Shown here one piece after another: positions 40,586 to 51,506 of a stretch of 64,000 nucleotides of DNA; position 1 is the first letter of the stretch, and the number at the start of each line of letters is the position of its first letter. The notes below the pieces were generated by a model that made no database searches, was not told the DNA's origin, and was given only the letters and a program-made list of their open reading frames with translations. Source of the DNA: an uncultured delta proteobacterium (GTDB lineage: Bacteria; Myxococcota; Myxococcia; Myxococcales; Myxococcaceae). The translations under genes were made by a program, and so were the position numbers. Where the stretch lies: positions 160,001-224,000 of the forward strand of contig CAVZMH010000022.1 in NCBI GenBank assembly GCA_963776345.1. Direction: 5' to 3'.

Positions 40586-41569
40586 TCAGGGCAACAGCAC
40601 CGTCGAGCCGGTCGTCCTCCGCGACTCGAGATCCACGTGCGCCCGGGCCACCTCGCGCAGCGGATACCGCTGGTTGACGTGGATGGTCAGCACCCGGCGG
40701 GCGACCAGGTCGAACAGCTCGCGCGCTCCGGACAGGAGATCCTCGCGCTTGGCGGTGTAGGTCCCCAGCGTGGGGCGAGTGACGTAGAGCGAGCCGCCCG
40801 CGGCCAGCCGCTGCAGGTCGAACGGGGGCACGGGGCCGCTCGAGGCGCCGAAGAGCACCATCAGCCCGAACGGAGCCAGGCACTCCAGCGACGCGTCGAA
40901 GGTGTCCTTGCCGATCGAGTCGTACACCACCGGCACCTTCGCGCCCCCGGTGAGCTCCTTCACCTTCGCCGGGAGGTCGCGGCGGTTGTTCGCCTCGAGC
41001 ACCAGCGGATGGGTGCACCCGGCCTCCTGCGCGAGCCGGGCCTTGGCCTCGCTGCCCACGGTGCCGATGACCGTCGCCCCGAGGTGCCTGAGCCACTGGC
41101 AGAGGATGAGCCCCACCCCGCCGGCCGCGGCGTGCACCAGCACCGTCTGGCTGCGCTCCACGCGGAACGTCCTGCGCACCAGGTACCAGGCGGTGAGCCC
41201 CTTGAGCAGCGACGCCGCGGCGGCCTCGTCCGACACGCCCTCGGGCACCGGGACCAGCCGGTCCGCGGGGTAGTTGCGCGTCTCGGAGTACGCGCCCAGC
41301 GGGGCACCGGCGTACGCCACGCGGTCCCCCACCCGGACCGCCGCGACGCCGGCGCCGACCGCGGTGACCACCCCGGCCGCCTCCTGTCCCAGCCCGCTCG
41401 GGAGCTGGAGCGGGTAGTGGCCGTCGCGCTGGTAGACGTCGATGAAGTTCAGGCCGATGGCGGTGTGCCTCAGCGTGGCCTCGCCCGGACCGGGAGGCGG
41501 GACCTGGACCTCCTCCAGGACCATGACCTCCGGGCCTCCCTGCTTCCTCAGCCGGACCGCGAGCGACAT
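40586..41569 (-). CDS. qor: NADPH:quinone oxidoreductase (zeta-crystallin family)
   Basis: IGLNFIDVYQR, GQEAAG, VHAAAGGVG, VVYDSIGKDTF, GSLYVTRPTL, TTGSTVL. Confidence 0.9.
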   Translation of the reverse strand: MSLAVRLRKQGGPEVMVLEEVQVPPPGPGEATLRHTAIGLNFIDVYQRDGHYPLQLPSGLGQEAAGVVTAVGAGVAAVRVGDRVAYAGAPLGAYSETRNYPADRLVPVPEGVSDEAAAASLLKGLTAWYLVRRTFRVERSQTVLVHAAAGGVGLILCQWLRHLGATVIGTVGSEAKARLAQEAGCTHPLVLEANNRRDLPAKVKELTGGAKVPVVYDSIGKDTFDASLECLAPFGLMVLFGASSGPVPPFDLQRLAAGGSLYVTRPTLGTYTAKREDLLSGARELFDLVARRVLTIHVNQRYPLREVARAHVDLESRRTTGSTVLLP

Positions 41570-41582
41570 CGAGCGTGCCTCC

Positions 41583-41963
41583 TTACCCGACGCTGGTGCG
41601 GCTGCGGCGCGCCTCGATGAAGGAGCGGACCGCGATCGCCACGAACGCGAGGCAGACCACGAAGGTGATGACCTGCGCGCCCACCGCCACCGGCCGCTCG
41701 GCCGTCCCGCCGAGCAGTGCCGGGAGCTTGAGCACGCCGGGCACGCAGCCCAGCGCCCCGAGCAGCGCCACCAGCACCGCGACGTGCATCGCGTGCATCC
41801 GCAGCCGCGGGTTGCGGGCGAGCAGCCCGGCGAGGGCGATGAGCACGCCGAGCGCGGCGGGGATGAGGGCGGTCGGGGCGTGAGCGCCGGTCCCGACGAA
41901 GGTGCCGAGGCCGATGGCCACCAGGATGACGCCGACGAGGAGAGCGAGCGTGGGCATGGGCAC
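41583..41963 (-). CDS. small four-TM membrane protein
   Basis: TALIPAALG, RMHAMHVAVLVAL, VRSFIEARR; start may be 41957. Confidence 0.7.
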   Translation of the reverse strand: MPMPTLALLVGVILVAIGLGTFVGTGAHAPTALIPAALGVLIALAGLLARNPRLRMHAMHVAVLVALLGALGCVPGVLKLPALLGGTAERPVAVGAQVITFVVCLAFVAIAVRSFIEARRSRTSVG

Positions 41964-42012
41964 CGGTGGCTCTAGCCCGCGCGGACATCTCGTGTACAGT
42001 CCTCGGCCCCCC

Positions 42013-42735
42013 GTGCGCCGTCTCCGCCTGCCGCTCCTCCTGCTCGCCCTGCTGGCCGTCCGGACGGCCCTGGCCTACGTCCCGGCCCCGACCGCCATCT
42101 TCCGGCACCTCCTGTCGGGCCGGGAGGAGCAGCGCATCAGCAGCGCACGGGTGGAGGGCACGCTGGTCCTCTCCGGCGCGGCGGCGACCGAGGTCGGAGG
42201 GCAGGGCGAGGTCCAGTCCGATGCGCGGGTGTACCTCCGCCTCCCGGGACGATGCCGCCTCGAGGCCAGTGGCCCGGAGACCGGGAAGCTCGCGGTGGTG
42301 CAGGCCGGCGGTCAGCTGAAGACCGAGGGCCCGGCGGTCGGCGCCCTGGGCACCGGCCTGGGTGAGCTGTGCGCGCTCCTCGGAGCCCGGAGCGCGGGTG
42401 ACGGCTCGAGCGCGCTGCAGGCGCACCTCCGCAAGCGCGGGGTGAACGTGGGCAACGCGTGGCTGGCCCGCTTCGGAGGCCAGGTGGCGTACGTGGTCGG
42501 AGGCTCGAAGGACGCCGACGCCCAGTTCTGGGTCTTCAAGGACAGCTGGCTGCCGGCGCGCATCCGCTGGACCGACGGCGCCACGCGCTGGGACGTGCGC
42601 TTCGTGGACTACAACTCGCCGGCGGGCGACTGGTTCCCCCGCGCGGTGGAAGTCTCGCGCGACGGCGAGCGGCAGGTCCGGTTCACCACCCTCTCCGGCG
42701 ACCCGAGGGCGAACGTCCCGGACCGCCTCTTCTGA
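42013..42735 (+). CDS. exported hypothetical protein (possibly LolA-like fold)
   Basis: Signal peptide ...TALA-YVP; beta-rich; ends VPDRLF. Confidence 0.65.
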   Translation: MRRLRLPLLLLALLAVRTALAYVPAPTAIFRHLLSGREEQRISSARVEGTLVLSGAAATEVGGQGEVQSDARVYLRLPGRCRLEASGPETGKLAVVQAGGQLKTEGPAVGALGTGLGELCALLGARSAGDGSSALQAHLRKRGVNVGNAWLARFGGQVAYVVGGSKDADAQFWVFKDSWLPARIRWTDGATRWDVRFVDYNSPAGDWFPRAVEVSRDGERQVRFTTLSGDPRANVPDRLF

Positions 42736-42753
42736 CGGAGCGGCCTCTCGGCG

Positions 42754-44985
42754 ATGGAGCAGCTCGCCTCGGTGGCGGTGGGGCGTCCGGTGAAGGGGCC
42801 CTTCACCTACCTCGTGCCGCAGGAGCTGGAAGGCAGGCTGCAGCGCGGGCAACGCATCTTGGTCCCGTTCGGCCGGGGCCGGGCGCTGGGCTTCTACCTC
42901 GGGCCGGGCCAGGCGCCCGAGGGGGGCGGGCCGCTCAAGGCGGTCTCGGCCCTGCTCGAGGAGACGCCGGCGCTCCCCGCGGACGTGCTGGCGCTGGTCG
43001 AGTTCGCCGCCACGTACTACCGGCATCCGCTCGGCGAGGCGCTCCGGGCCGCGCTCCCGCCGGGGCTGGCCGACCCGGAGGAGGGTCCCGAGCCGAGTCC
43101 CGAGGTCGCGCGCACGGTGGTGGTGCGGGGCGCTCCGTCGGTCGATGCGCTGAAGCGCGCCCCGGCCCAGGCGGCGACGCTGGGATACCTGCTCGCCGTC
43201 GGTGGGCGCGCGGAGCTCGACGAGCTGGGGCGCGCCGTTCCCGGCGCCCGCGCGGCGGTGCAGCGGCTGGTGGAGCGCGGGTGGGTCGAGGTCGAGGAGC
43301 GCGCGGTGGAGCCCACCGTGGCTGAGGGGCTGGGACAGGTCCGGCCCCAGCGGCTCACCGACGCGCAGGCCGAGGCGCTCGCCGAGCTGCGCGGTGCCCT
43401 CGAGGCCGGGAGGTTCCTGCCCTACCTCCTGCAGGGCGTCACCGGGAGCGGCAAGACCGAGGTGTACTTGCAGGCCGCCGAGCACGCCCTCTCGCGGGGT
43501 GGTGGAGCGCTCATCCTGGTCCCGGAGATCGCCCTCACCCCGCAGCTGGTGGGCCGGTTCCGGAGCCGCTTCGGGAGCGCGGTGGCGGTGCTCCACAGCG
43601 GCCTTCGCGACCGTGAGCGGCTGCTTCACTGGAAGGGGCTCCGCTCCGGCTCGGTGCGGCTCGCGGTCGGCGTGCGCTCCGCGGTGTTTGCCCCGGTGCG
43701 AGACCTGGCGCTCATCGTCGTGGACGAGGAGCACGATCCGTCCTTCAAGCAGGACGAGAAGCTTCGCTACCAGGCCCGTGACCTCGCCGTGGTGCGGGCC
43801 AAGCAGGCCGGCGCCACGGTGGTGCTGGGGTCGGCCACGCCCTCGCTGGAGACGGTGGAGAACGCGCGGCGCGGCCGCTACCGCCACCTCCGGCTCCCGG
43901 CGCGCGTGGACGACCGTCCGATGCCCCGGGTGGAGCTGGTGGACCTCCGGCGCGTGCGGGTGCGGCCCACGGGCACTCCCGAGCAGCCGCCCGCGCTCTC
44001 CCCTCCGCTGGTCGACGCGCTCGGCGAGACCCTGGGGCGCGGCCAGCAGGCCATCCTCTTCCTCAACCGGCGCGGCCACTCGGCGGCGCTGGTGTGCGAG
44101 GCCTGCGGGCAGGGCGTCCCCTGCAGCCGGTGCGACGTCTCGCTCACCTTCCACCTCCGGGGGCGCAACCTCCAGTGCCACTACTGCGGCGAGAGCCGGC
44201 CGGTGCCCGACCGCTGTCCCTCGTGCGGCGGGCCGCTGGTGCCGGTGGGCACGGGCACCGAGCGCGTCGAGGCCGAGGTCGCCGAGCGCTTCCCGGGCGC
44301 CCGGGTGGCCCGGCTGGACCGCGACGCGGCCACCACCGCCGAGCGGCTCACCGACCTCCTCTCCCGCTTCGCCCGCGGCGAGCTGGACGTGCTGGTGGGC
44401 ACGCAGATGGTGGCCAAGGGGCACGACTTCCCCGGCGTGACGCTGGTCTGCGTCGTCTCGGCAGACACCGGGCTGCTCCTGCCCGACTTCCGCGCCGCCG
44501 AGCGGACGTTCCAGCTGGTGACGCAGGTCTCCGGCCGCGCCGGGCGTGGCCTGGAGCCGGGGCGGGTGCTCATCCAGACCTGGAATCCGGAGGCGGACGC
44601 CGTGGCCCGGGTCCCGGCGCACGACTACGACGGGTTCGCCGAGCACGAGCTCGCCTGGCGCGAGGCCCTGGCCTGGCCCCCGTTCAGCCGGCTGGTCGCG
44701 GTGCGCATCGAGGGGGAGGACCCAGGGGAGACGGCGGCGGTGGCCAGGAAGCTGGGGGACCGGGTGGCCGCGCTCCTGCCTGGGCCGGAGACGGGCGTTC
44801 GGCTCCTGGGACCCGCCCCGGCGCCGCTCCCCCGGCTGCGGGGGAAGAGCCGCTGGCAGCTGCTCCTCAAGGCCCCCCGCCACGCCTTGCTCGGGCCGGT
44901 GCTGGACCAGCTGGAGCGGGACCTCGAGGTGCTGCCGGCGGCGGTCCGGGTCGTCCTCGACGTCGACCCCGGGGCGATGCTGTAG
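42754..44985 (+). CDS. priA: primosomal protein N'
   Basis: GVTGSGKTEVY, LVPEIALTPQ, DEEHD, GSATPS, Cys clusters, GTQMVAKGHDFP, QVSGRAGR. Confidence 0.96.
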   Translation: MEQLASVAVGRPVKGPFTYLVPQELEGRLQRGQRILVPFGRGRALGFYLGPGQAPEGGGPLKAVSALLEETPALPADVLALVEFAATYYRHPLGEALRAALPPGLADPEEGPEPSPEVARTVVVRGAPSVDALKRAPAQAATLGYLLAVGGRAELDELGRAVPGARAAVQRLVERGWVEVEERAVEPTVAEGLGQVRPQRLTDAQAEALAELRGALEAGRFLPYLLQGVTGSGKTEVYLQAAEHALSRGGGALILVPEIALTPQLVGRFRSRFGSAVAVLHSGLRDRERLLHWKGLRSGSVRLAVGVRSAVFAPVRDLALIVVDEEHDPSFKQDEKLRYQARDLAVVRAKQAGATVVLGSATPSLETVENARRGRYRHLRLPARVDDRPMPRVELVDLRRVRVRPTGTPEQPPALSPPLVDALGETLGRGQQAILFLNRRGHSAALVCEACGQGVPCSRCDVSLTFHLRGRNLQCHYCGESRPVPDRCPSCGGPLVPVGTGTERVEAEVAERFPGARVARLDRDAATTAERLTDLLSRFARGELDVLVGTQMVAKGHDFPGVTLVCVVSADTGLLLPDFRAAERTFQLVTQVSGRAGRGLEPGRVLIQTWNPEADAVARVPAHDYDGFAEHELAWREALAWPPFSRLVAVRIEGEDPGETAAVARKLGDRVAALLPGPETGVRLLGPAPAPLPRLRGKSRWQLLLKAPRHALLGPVLDQLERDLEVLPAAVRVVLDVDPGAML

Positions 44986-45002
44986 GCTCTCCCGGACAGA
45001 CC

Positions 45003-47744
45003 GTGGCGTCCACGCTCCTCCTCGTCCACGATGACCTGGCGACCATCGCGCTCGTGCGCCGGACGCTGGTCCGCGCCGGTCACACCGTCGAGCTCGCCAC
45101 CTCCACGGCCGACGCGCTGACCGCCGCGACGACGTTGCAGCCCGCGCTGGTGCTGCTGGCCCCCGGCGTGGAGAGCGGGCGCGGTGCGGCGCTGCTGCGC
45201 GAGCTCGCCTCCCGGCCCGAGACCTCGCGCCTCCCCATCCTCCTCCTCGGCCGGATGGTGGACGGTCACCGTGGCCCGGTGCTGCCCACCCCGTTCCGCG
45301 CCGAGACGCTGCTCCGCGCGGTGGACGAGGCGCTCGCTGCTGACCTGGGCGCCGACGAGCCGGTGACCGACACCTTCGGCACCGGGCTCGGGTCCATCGC
45401 GCTCGACGCGCTCCCGGAGACGCTGGACCTCGACTGGGAGCCCCCGGCCGCAGCCCCCGCCTCGGTCGCGACGCCGGCGGCACCCGAGCCGGCTCCGGAG
45501 CCTGCGCCGTCCGACCACCTCGAGGCCTTCGACGCGGGCCCGCTCCTCGAGGGCGAGCCGGAGCCCGAGCCGTCCGGCGACGAGGAGATGCTCCACGCCG
45601 CCGAGGAGCCGTCGCCGCTCGTCCCCGGCGTCCACCCCGACCTCGAGCACACCGCGCCGATGCTCGCCCTGGCGGCCGGCGCCTGGAGCGCGACGACCGA
45701 CGACCGGCTGGCGCCGCTCGGGCACGCCAGCTCGAGCGCCGCGGCGCTGCTCGACGACATCGCCTCCGAGGCCCGGGCGCGCGAGGACGAGGCCCGCGCC
45801 GCGCAGCAGGCCATGGAGGAGGAGCAGCGGCGCCGGCAGGAGGCGGAGGCACTGTCCGAGACCCGGGCCCGCGAGGCGCGCGAGGCCTCGGGGGCGGCGC
45901 TGGCCGCGCGCATCGACGCCGAGGAGGCGCGGGCCCAGGTGGAGGCGGCGCGGTCGGCGCAGCAGGCGGCGGAGTCGGCGACGGCGGAGCTGCAGCGCGC
46001 GCTCGACCAGGAGCGGCAGAGCGCGTCCGAGGCCAGGGCGGCGATGGAGTCGGCGCAGGCCACGGGGATGGCAGAGGCCGAGCTGCTGGCGAAGACGCTG
46101 CGCGAGGTCGAGGCGCGGGCGGAGGCCGAGACCAACGCCCGGCTCGGGCTCGAGGCCCGCTCCCAGGCGGAGCTGGACCGGCTCGGGCAGCAGCTGCAGG
46201 CACAGACGGCGGAGCTGGAGGGGCTGCGCTCGGCGGTGTCGGAGGCCACCTCCGCCGGCGCGGACCTCTCCGAGGCCAACCAGGCGCTGGAGCGCGAGGC
46301 GGCCGAGCTCGCCGAGCGTCTGGCGGCGGAGGAGCGCGCGTCGGTGGAGGCGCGGCGGCAGGCCGACGCCTGGCTCCAGACCGAGCGCGAGCAGGCGGAC
46401 GCGCTCCGCCGCGAGCTGCTGGAGCTGAAGACCGAGCTGCGCCGGCTGCGCGAGGAGCTGGAGCAGGGCCGCGAGCGGATGGCGGAGGGGGAGATCCGGG
46501 TGGCGCAGCAGTCGGCGGCGCGCGCCGAGGCCGAGGAGGCCGCGCGAGCGGCGGTGGACGAGGCGGCGCGGGCCCGCGACGAGCTCGAGCGCGCCCGCGC
46601 CGAGACCGAGCAGGTGCGCCGGCAGGCGGAGACGCGCCTGAAGGCCCAGGAGGAGCGCCGGGCGGCGGCGGCCCGCGCCCAGGCCGAGGCCGAGGCGGCC
46701 GACGCGGCGCGACGGGTGACGGAGCGTGCGCGCTGGGCGGTGGCCGATGCGGGCCGGGTCACGCTGGAGGAGCTCGCGGCGCTGCTCTTCCGTCTCGAGC
46801 AGGGGCGGGCGACGGCCCGTCTCGAGCTCCGGGCTGCCGACGCGCTCCGGGTGCTGTGGCTCGAGGAGGGCGCGCTCGCCGCGGCGGCCAGCACCGTGTC
46901 CACCGAGTCGCTCCTGGACCGCGCGGTGCGCGACGGGCTGGTGTCCGCCGGCGCCGAGCGCGAGCTGCGGATCCTTCGTCTGGGCGAGGCCGAGCTGACC
47001 GAGGAGCTCGTTCGGCGGAAGCTGATGACCGACTCGGAGCTGGTGCCGTTCCTCCAGCGCCTCACCGAGGCCCGGGCCCTGGAGGCCTTCTCCGAGCCCG
47101 TCTCGTTCTACCGCCTGAGCGCGGACACCCCACCCCCCGAGGGCAAGCGCGCCGCGGTGCGCCCGCTGTCGGCGCTGGCGGCCGAGGGAGTGCGCCGCGG
47201 ACTCCCTCCCGAGGAGGTGGACCGGCTCGTGCCCTCGCTCCGGGCCGTGCCGAAGCTGCTCCGGCGGGTGGACGCGCAGGCGCTCGGGCTCGGCGACCGC
47301 GAGAGGCGGCTCCTCGAGGCCATCGACGGCGAGCGCACGGTGCAGCAACTCCTGCTCATGCTGGGCGTCTCGCGCGATGCGGGGCGCAAGGCGGTGGCGG
47401 TGGCGGTGGCGGTGGGGTGGATCGAGCTCAAGCCACCGTCGCAGGAGGAGGCACAGGCGGAGACAGTGGAGGTCGCCGCGGCCCGCCTCGAGGCCCGGTG
47501 GTCGCAGGTGGAGGACGCCGACTACTTCGCGGTGCTCGGGCTTCCCCGGAACGCCGGGCCCGACGAGGTGGCGCGGGCCTTCGCCCGGCTGTCGGCGGAG
47601 TACGACCCGCTGCGGTGGTCGGGGCACCCCGACCCCCGGGTGCAGGCGCGCGCGGAGCGGATGCAGGCGCTCCTCTCCGAGGCGGCGCGGGCGCTGTCCG
47701 ACGACGGGCTCCGCAACGCCTACGCCCGCTCGCTGGGCGAGTGA
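45003..47744 (+). CDS. pseudo-receiver + acidic/Pro linker + coiled coil + DUF4388-like + degenerate J-domain protein
   Basis: LLLVHDD...LVLLAP (no phospho-Asp); long EA/R-rich coiled coil; DYFAVLGL...YDPL (no HPD). Confidence 0.75.
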   Translation: MASTLLLVHDDLATIALVRRTLVRAGHTVELATSTADALTAATTLQPALVLLAPGVESGRGAALLRELASRPETSRLPILLLGRMVDGHRGPVLPTPFRAETLLRAVDEALAADLGADEPVTDTFGTGLGSIALDALPETLDLDWEPPAAAPASVATPAAPEPAPEPAPSDHLEAFDAGPLLEGEPEPEPSGDEEMLHAAEEPSPLVPGVHPDLEHTAPMLALAAGAWSATTDDRLAPLGHASSSAAALLDDIASEARAREDEARAAQQAMEEEQRRRQEAEALSETRAREAREASGAALAARIDAEEARAQVEAARSAQQAAESATAELQRALDQERQSASEARAAMESAQATGMAEAELLAKTLREVEARAEAETNARLGLEARSQAELDRLGQQLQAQTAELEGLRSAVSEATSAGADLSEANQALEREAAELAERLAAEERASVEARRQADAWLQTEREQADALRRELLELKTELRRLREELEQGRERMAEGEIRVAQQSAARAEAEEAARAAVDEAARARDELERARAETEQVRRQAETRLKAQEERRAAAARAQAEAEAADAARRVTERARWAVADAGRVTLEELAALLFRLEQGRATARLELRAADALRVLWLEEGALAAAASTVSTESLLDRAVRDGLVSAGAERELRILRLGEAELTEELVRRKLMTDSELVPFLQRLTEARALEAFSEPVSFYRLSADTPPPEGKRAAVRPLSALAAEGVRRGLPPEEVDRLVPSLRAVPKLLRRVDAQALGLGDRERRLLEAIDGERTVQQLLLMLGVSRDAGRKAVAVAVAVGWIELKPPSQEEAQAETVEVAAARLEARWSQVEDADYFAVLGLPRNAGPDEVARAFARLSAEYDPLRWSGHPDPRVQARAERMQALLSEAARALSDDGLRNAYARSLGE

Positions 47745-47858
47745 CGCCCGTGTCAGGTTGCGGACCACTGCGGTAGGGCGACGTCGACCCGCCCACGCAT
47801 GGCGTCCACGTGGGGTGGCGTTGCGTGTCTCCCGCACCCCTGGCTATGACCAGGGACG

Positions 47859-48890
47859 ATGATTCGCGAGATTCTCCTCTGGCCCCACCCCCTGCTCCGC
47901 CGCAAGGCGCTCTCCGTGGAGGCGGTGGACGCCTCCGTGCGCACGCTGGTCAGCGACATGTTCGAGACCATGTACGCTGCGCCGGGCGTGGGGCTCGCAG
48001 CGCCGCAGATCGGCGTGTTGCAGCGGGTGCTGGTGCTCGACACCCGGCCCCGGCAGCCCGAGGTGCAGCCGGTGGCGATGATCAACCCGCGCATCGTCTC
48101 CACCGAGGGCGGACCGTCCGTGTACCGCGAGGGCTGCCTCTCCATCCCCGGCGAGGCCGAGGAGGTCGAGCGCCCGGCGATCGTCACCGTGGAGTTCCTC
48201 GACGTCGAGGGACAGCTGCAGCGGCTCCGCTGCGAGGGGCTGCTGGCCACGGCGGCGCAGCACGAGATCGACCACCTCGACGGTCGGCTCTACGTCGACT
48301 TCCTCCCGGTGCTGCAGCGCCTGTCGATGCGCCGGCGGGCGAAGCGACGGAAGAGAGCCCCCCGAGGCCGTCGAGGGCCCCTCGACCGCGCTCTCGATCC
48401 GGCACCGCTCGGGCCAGCGCCTGCGTCGGGGCTACGGCGAGAACGGCGCCGTCGCCGTCTGGGCGAAATCCTGGGGGAAGTGCCGGCGGTATGGCGCCGG
48501 GGCCGCGGCGAAGTGGCCGGTCGGCTCGCGGACTGCGGTGAGATAGGCGACGTACTGCTGGCCCCCGCCCGGTCAGCGGGTGGCCGCAGCTCGCCGCGGC
48601 TTCCTCCGCGTCGCGCCACGACGTCGCGGTGCCGGAGGGACCACCGCCGCGGAGCGAGGCGGGCGCGCGCCCTTCACCACCTTGGCCTTCGCCTTCCCCA
48701 CGCCGATGCGCGGACAGAGCTCGCGCACCACGCACCGCTCGCAGGCCGGCGAGCGGGCGAAGCAGGTCCTCCGGCCGTGCCAGATCAGGAGCTGGTGCCC
48801 CTTCGCCCAGAGCTGGTGCGGGACCAGCGCCTGGAGGTCCTCCTCGATGCGGCTCGGGTCCTCGGCCCGGGTGAAGCCCAGGCGGCGTGA
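47859..48890 (+). CDS. def: peptide deformylase; the domain ends ~48350 and the ORF as written runs on into nth
   Basis: GVGLAAPQIG, EGCLS, QHEIDHLDG; 3' end uncertain. Confidence 0.9.
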   Translation: MIREILLWPHPLLRRKALSVEAVDASVRTLVSDMFETMYAAPGVGLAAPQIGVLQRVLVLDTRPRQPEVQPVAMINPRIVSTEGGPSVYREGCLSIPGEAEEVERPAIVTVEFLDVEGQLQRLRCEGLLATAAQHEIDHLDGRLYVDFLPVLQRLSMRRRAKRRKRAPRGRRGPLDRALDPAPLGPAPASGLRRERRRRRLGEILGEVPAVWRRGRGEVAGRLADCGEIGDVLLAPARSAGGRSSPRLPPRRATTSRCRRDHRRGARRARALHHLGLRLPHADARTELAHHAPLAGRRAGEAGPPAVPDQELVPLRPELVRDQRLEVLLDAARVLGPGEAQAA

Positions 48891-49343
48891 GAGCCGCTTC
48901 ACGTGGGTGTCCACCGGGAACGCCGGCTCACCCTCCAGATGCACCGTCACCACCCCGGCGGTCTTCGGCCCCACGCCCGGGAGCGCGGCGAGGTCGGCCC
49001 GGGCGGTGGGGACCTTGCCTCCGTGCCGTTCGGCCACCGCCGCGGCCATGCCCTTGAGCGCCCTGGCCTTCGCCCGGAAGAAGCCGCAGCTGTGGATCAT
49101 CGTCTCCAGCTCGGGGGTGTCCGCCTCGGCCAGCGAGCGCGCGTCGGGATAGCGCCGGAACAGCGCGGGGGTGACCATGTTCACCCGCTTGTCCGTGCAC
49201 TGGGCGGACAGGATGACGGCCGTCACCAGCTGGAGCGGGGTCTGGTAGTCGAGCTCGATCCGCGCGTCAGGCATCGCCTCGCCCAGCCGTTCGAAGATCT
49301 CAAGTCCGCGCGCCCTGCGCTCGGCCACCGTCTCGCGAGCCAT
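48573..49343 (-). CDS. nth: endonuclease III
   Basis: [21 protein letters not shown] (HhH), VDTHV, Cx6Cx2Cx5C. Confidence 0.95.
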   Translation of the reverse strand: MARETVAERRARGLEIFERLGEAMPDARIELDYQTPLQLVTAVILSAQCTDKRVNMVTPALFRRYPDARSLAEADTPELETMIHSCGFFRAKARALKGMAAAVAERHGGKVPTARADLAALPGVGPKTAGVVTVHLEGEPAFPVDTHVKRLSRRLGFTRAEDPSRIEEDLQALVPHQLWAKGHQLLIWHGRRTCFARSPACERCVVRELCPRIGVGKAKAKVVKGARPPRSAAVVPPAPRRRGATRRKPRRAAATR

Positions 49344-49369
49344 GCCCCGGTTGTAGTACGGACCCCGCC

Positions 49370-50404
<1,035 letters not shown>

Positions 50405-50513
50405 GCATCTGTGGGGGCCAGGGGCTCCCGTGTCCTTTTGGCTGGACTCACGCGGGTCTTGTGGGCCAGGGTCACCCGGCTGACACGGCGTCGCGGCCGG
50501 CAGCGCATGGACG

Positions 50514-51506
50514 ATGACCCGTCACGCCCTCGTCACAGCCCTGGCCGCCGTCAGCCTCGTCGGCTGTGCCACGACGCGTCAGGCCGGTGCGCTGACCCCC
50601 GACCCGGTCCAGGTCGCCCACCTTCCCGCCACCGGTGAGCCGGTGAAGCCCGAGGCGGCGCCCCACCCCGGGCCGGTCGCCGCGCCGCCCGAGGAGCCGA
50701 TGACCTCGAGCCTGCTCCGGGCGCGCCTGGTGGCCTTCGTGCTCGAGGCCGAGGCCCGGCGGAGCGACGGCCGCCCCGGCTCGTCGCTGCCCGACTCGGA
50801 GCTCGCGGCCTGGGAACGCATCCAGTCCGACGTGGACCGCTTCCTGGCCGAGCCCGCGGGGAGCGAAGAGGCGGAGGACGTGCAGATCGCCCGTGGCTCG
50901 CTCCGGGCCGCGCTGGACCGGGACGGGCAGGCCTACGGCGGCGTGCCCCCCGAGCTGGTCCGATCGGTCGAGGAGCGCGTGGCCCGCCTGGAGGAGCGGA
51001 TGGGACCTCCGCCCGGGCCGCGCTTCCAGTGGCCGCTCGACGAGGTGCGCGTCACCAGCCGCTTCGGGCGCCGGTTCCACCCCATCGCCCACCGCAACAA
51101 GATGCACTCGGGCATCGACATGGTCGCCGAGCGCAACCAGCCGGTGATGGCCGCCGGCGCCGGCATCGTGGTGCGCGCCGGCTGGATGCACGGGTACGGC
51201 TACGAGGTCACGGTCGATCACGGCAACGGTCGAATGACCCGCTACAGCCACCTGGCGCGCACCCTGGTGCTCGAGGGAACCCAGGTGGTGAAGGGGATGC
51301 CGCTCGGGCTCGCCGGGCGGACCGGCACCGCCACCGGCGTCCACCTGCACTTCGAGTACTGGAAGGACGACGTCGCGCGCGACCCGCTCAAGGAGTTCGC
51401 GCGGCTGGTGGGCGATCGCGGTCCGAAGCCGGTGGTGGTCGCGCCGTCGCACCCGCAGCGGCAAAGGACCGCCTCGGCCCGCAAGCCCGAGGGTCCGGGC
51501 GCCTGA
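50514..51506 (+). CDS. M23 metallopeptidase lipoprotein
   Basis: Lipobox LVGC; HSGID, YSHL, HLHFE. Confidence 0.9.
   Translation: MTRHALVTALAAVSLVGCATTRQAGALTPDPVQVAHLPATGEPVKPEAAPHPGPVAAPPEEPMTSSLLRARLVAFVLEAEARRSDGRPGSSLPDSELAAWERIQSDVDRFLAEPAGSEEAEDVQIARGSLRAALDRDGQAYGGVPPELVRSVEERVARLEERMGPPPGPRFQWPLDEVRVTSRFGRRFHPIAHRNKMHSGIDMVAERNQPVMAAGAGIVVRAGWMHGYGYEVTVDHGNGRMTRYSHLARTLVLEGTQVVKGMPLGLAGRTGTATGVHLHFEYWKDDVARDPLKEFARLVGDRGPKPVVVAPSHPQRQRTASARKPEGPGA

Noticed and set aside
41548..47837. Very long antisense ORFs (1551 aa, 1070 aa) and similar shadow ORFs throughout
   Set aside because: Arg/Pro/Gly-rich shadows of real genes, expected at this GC content; no recognisable motifs.
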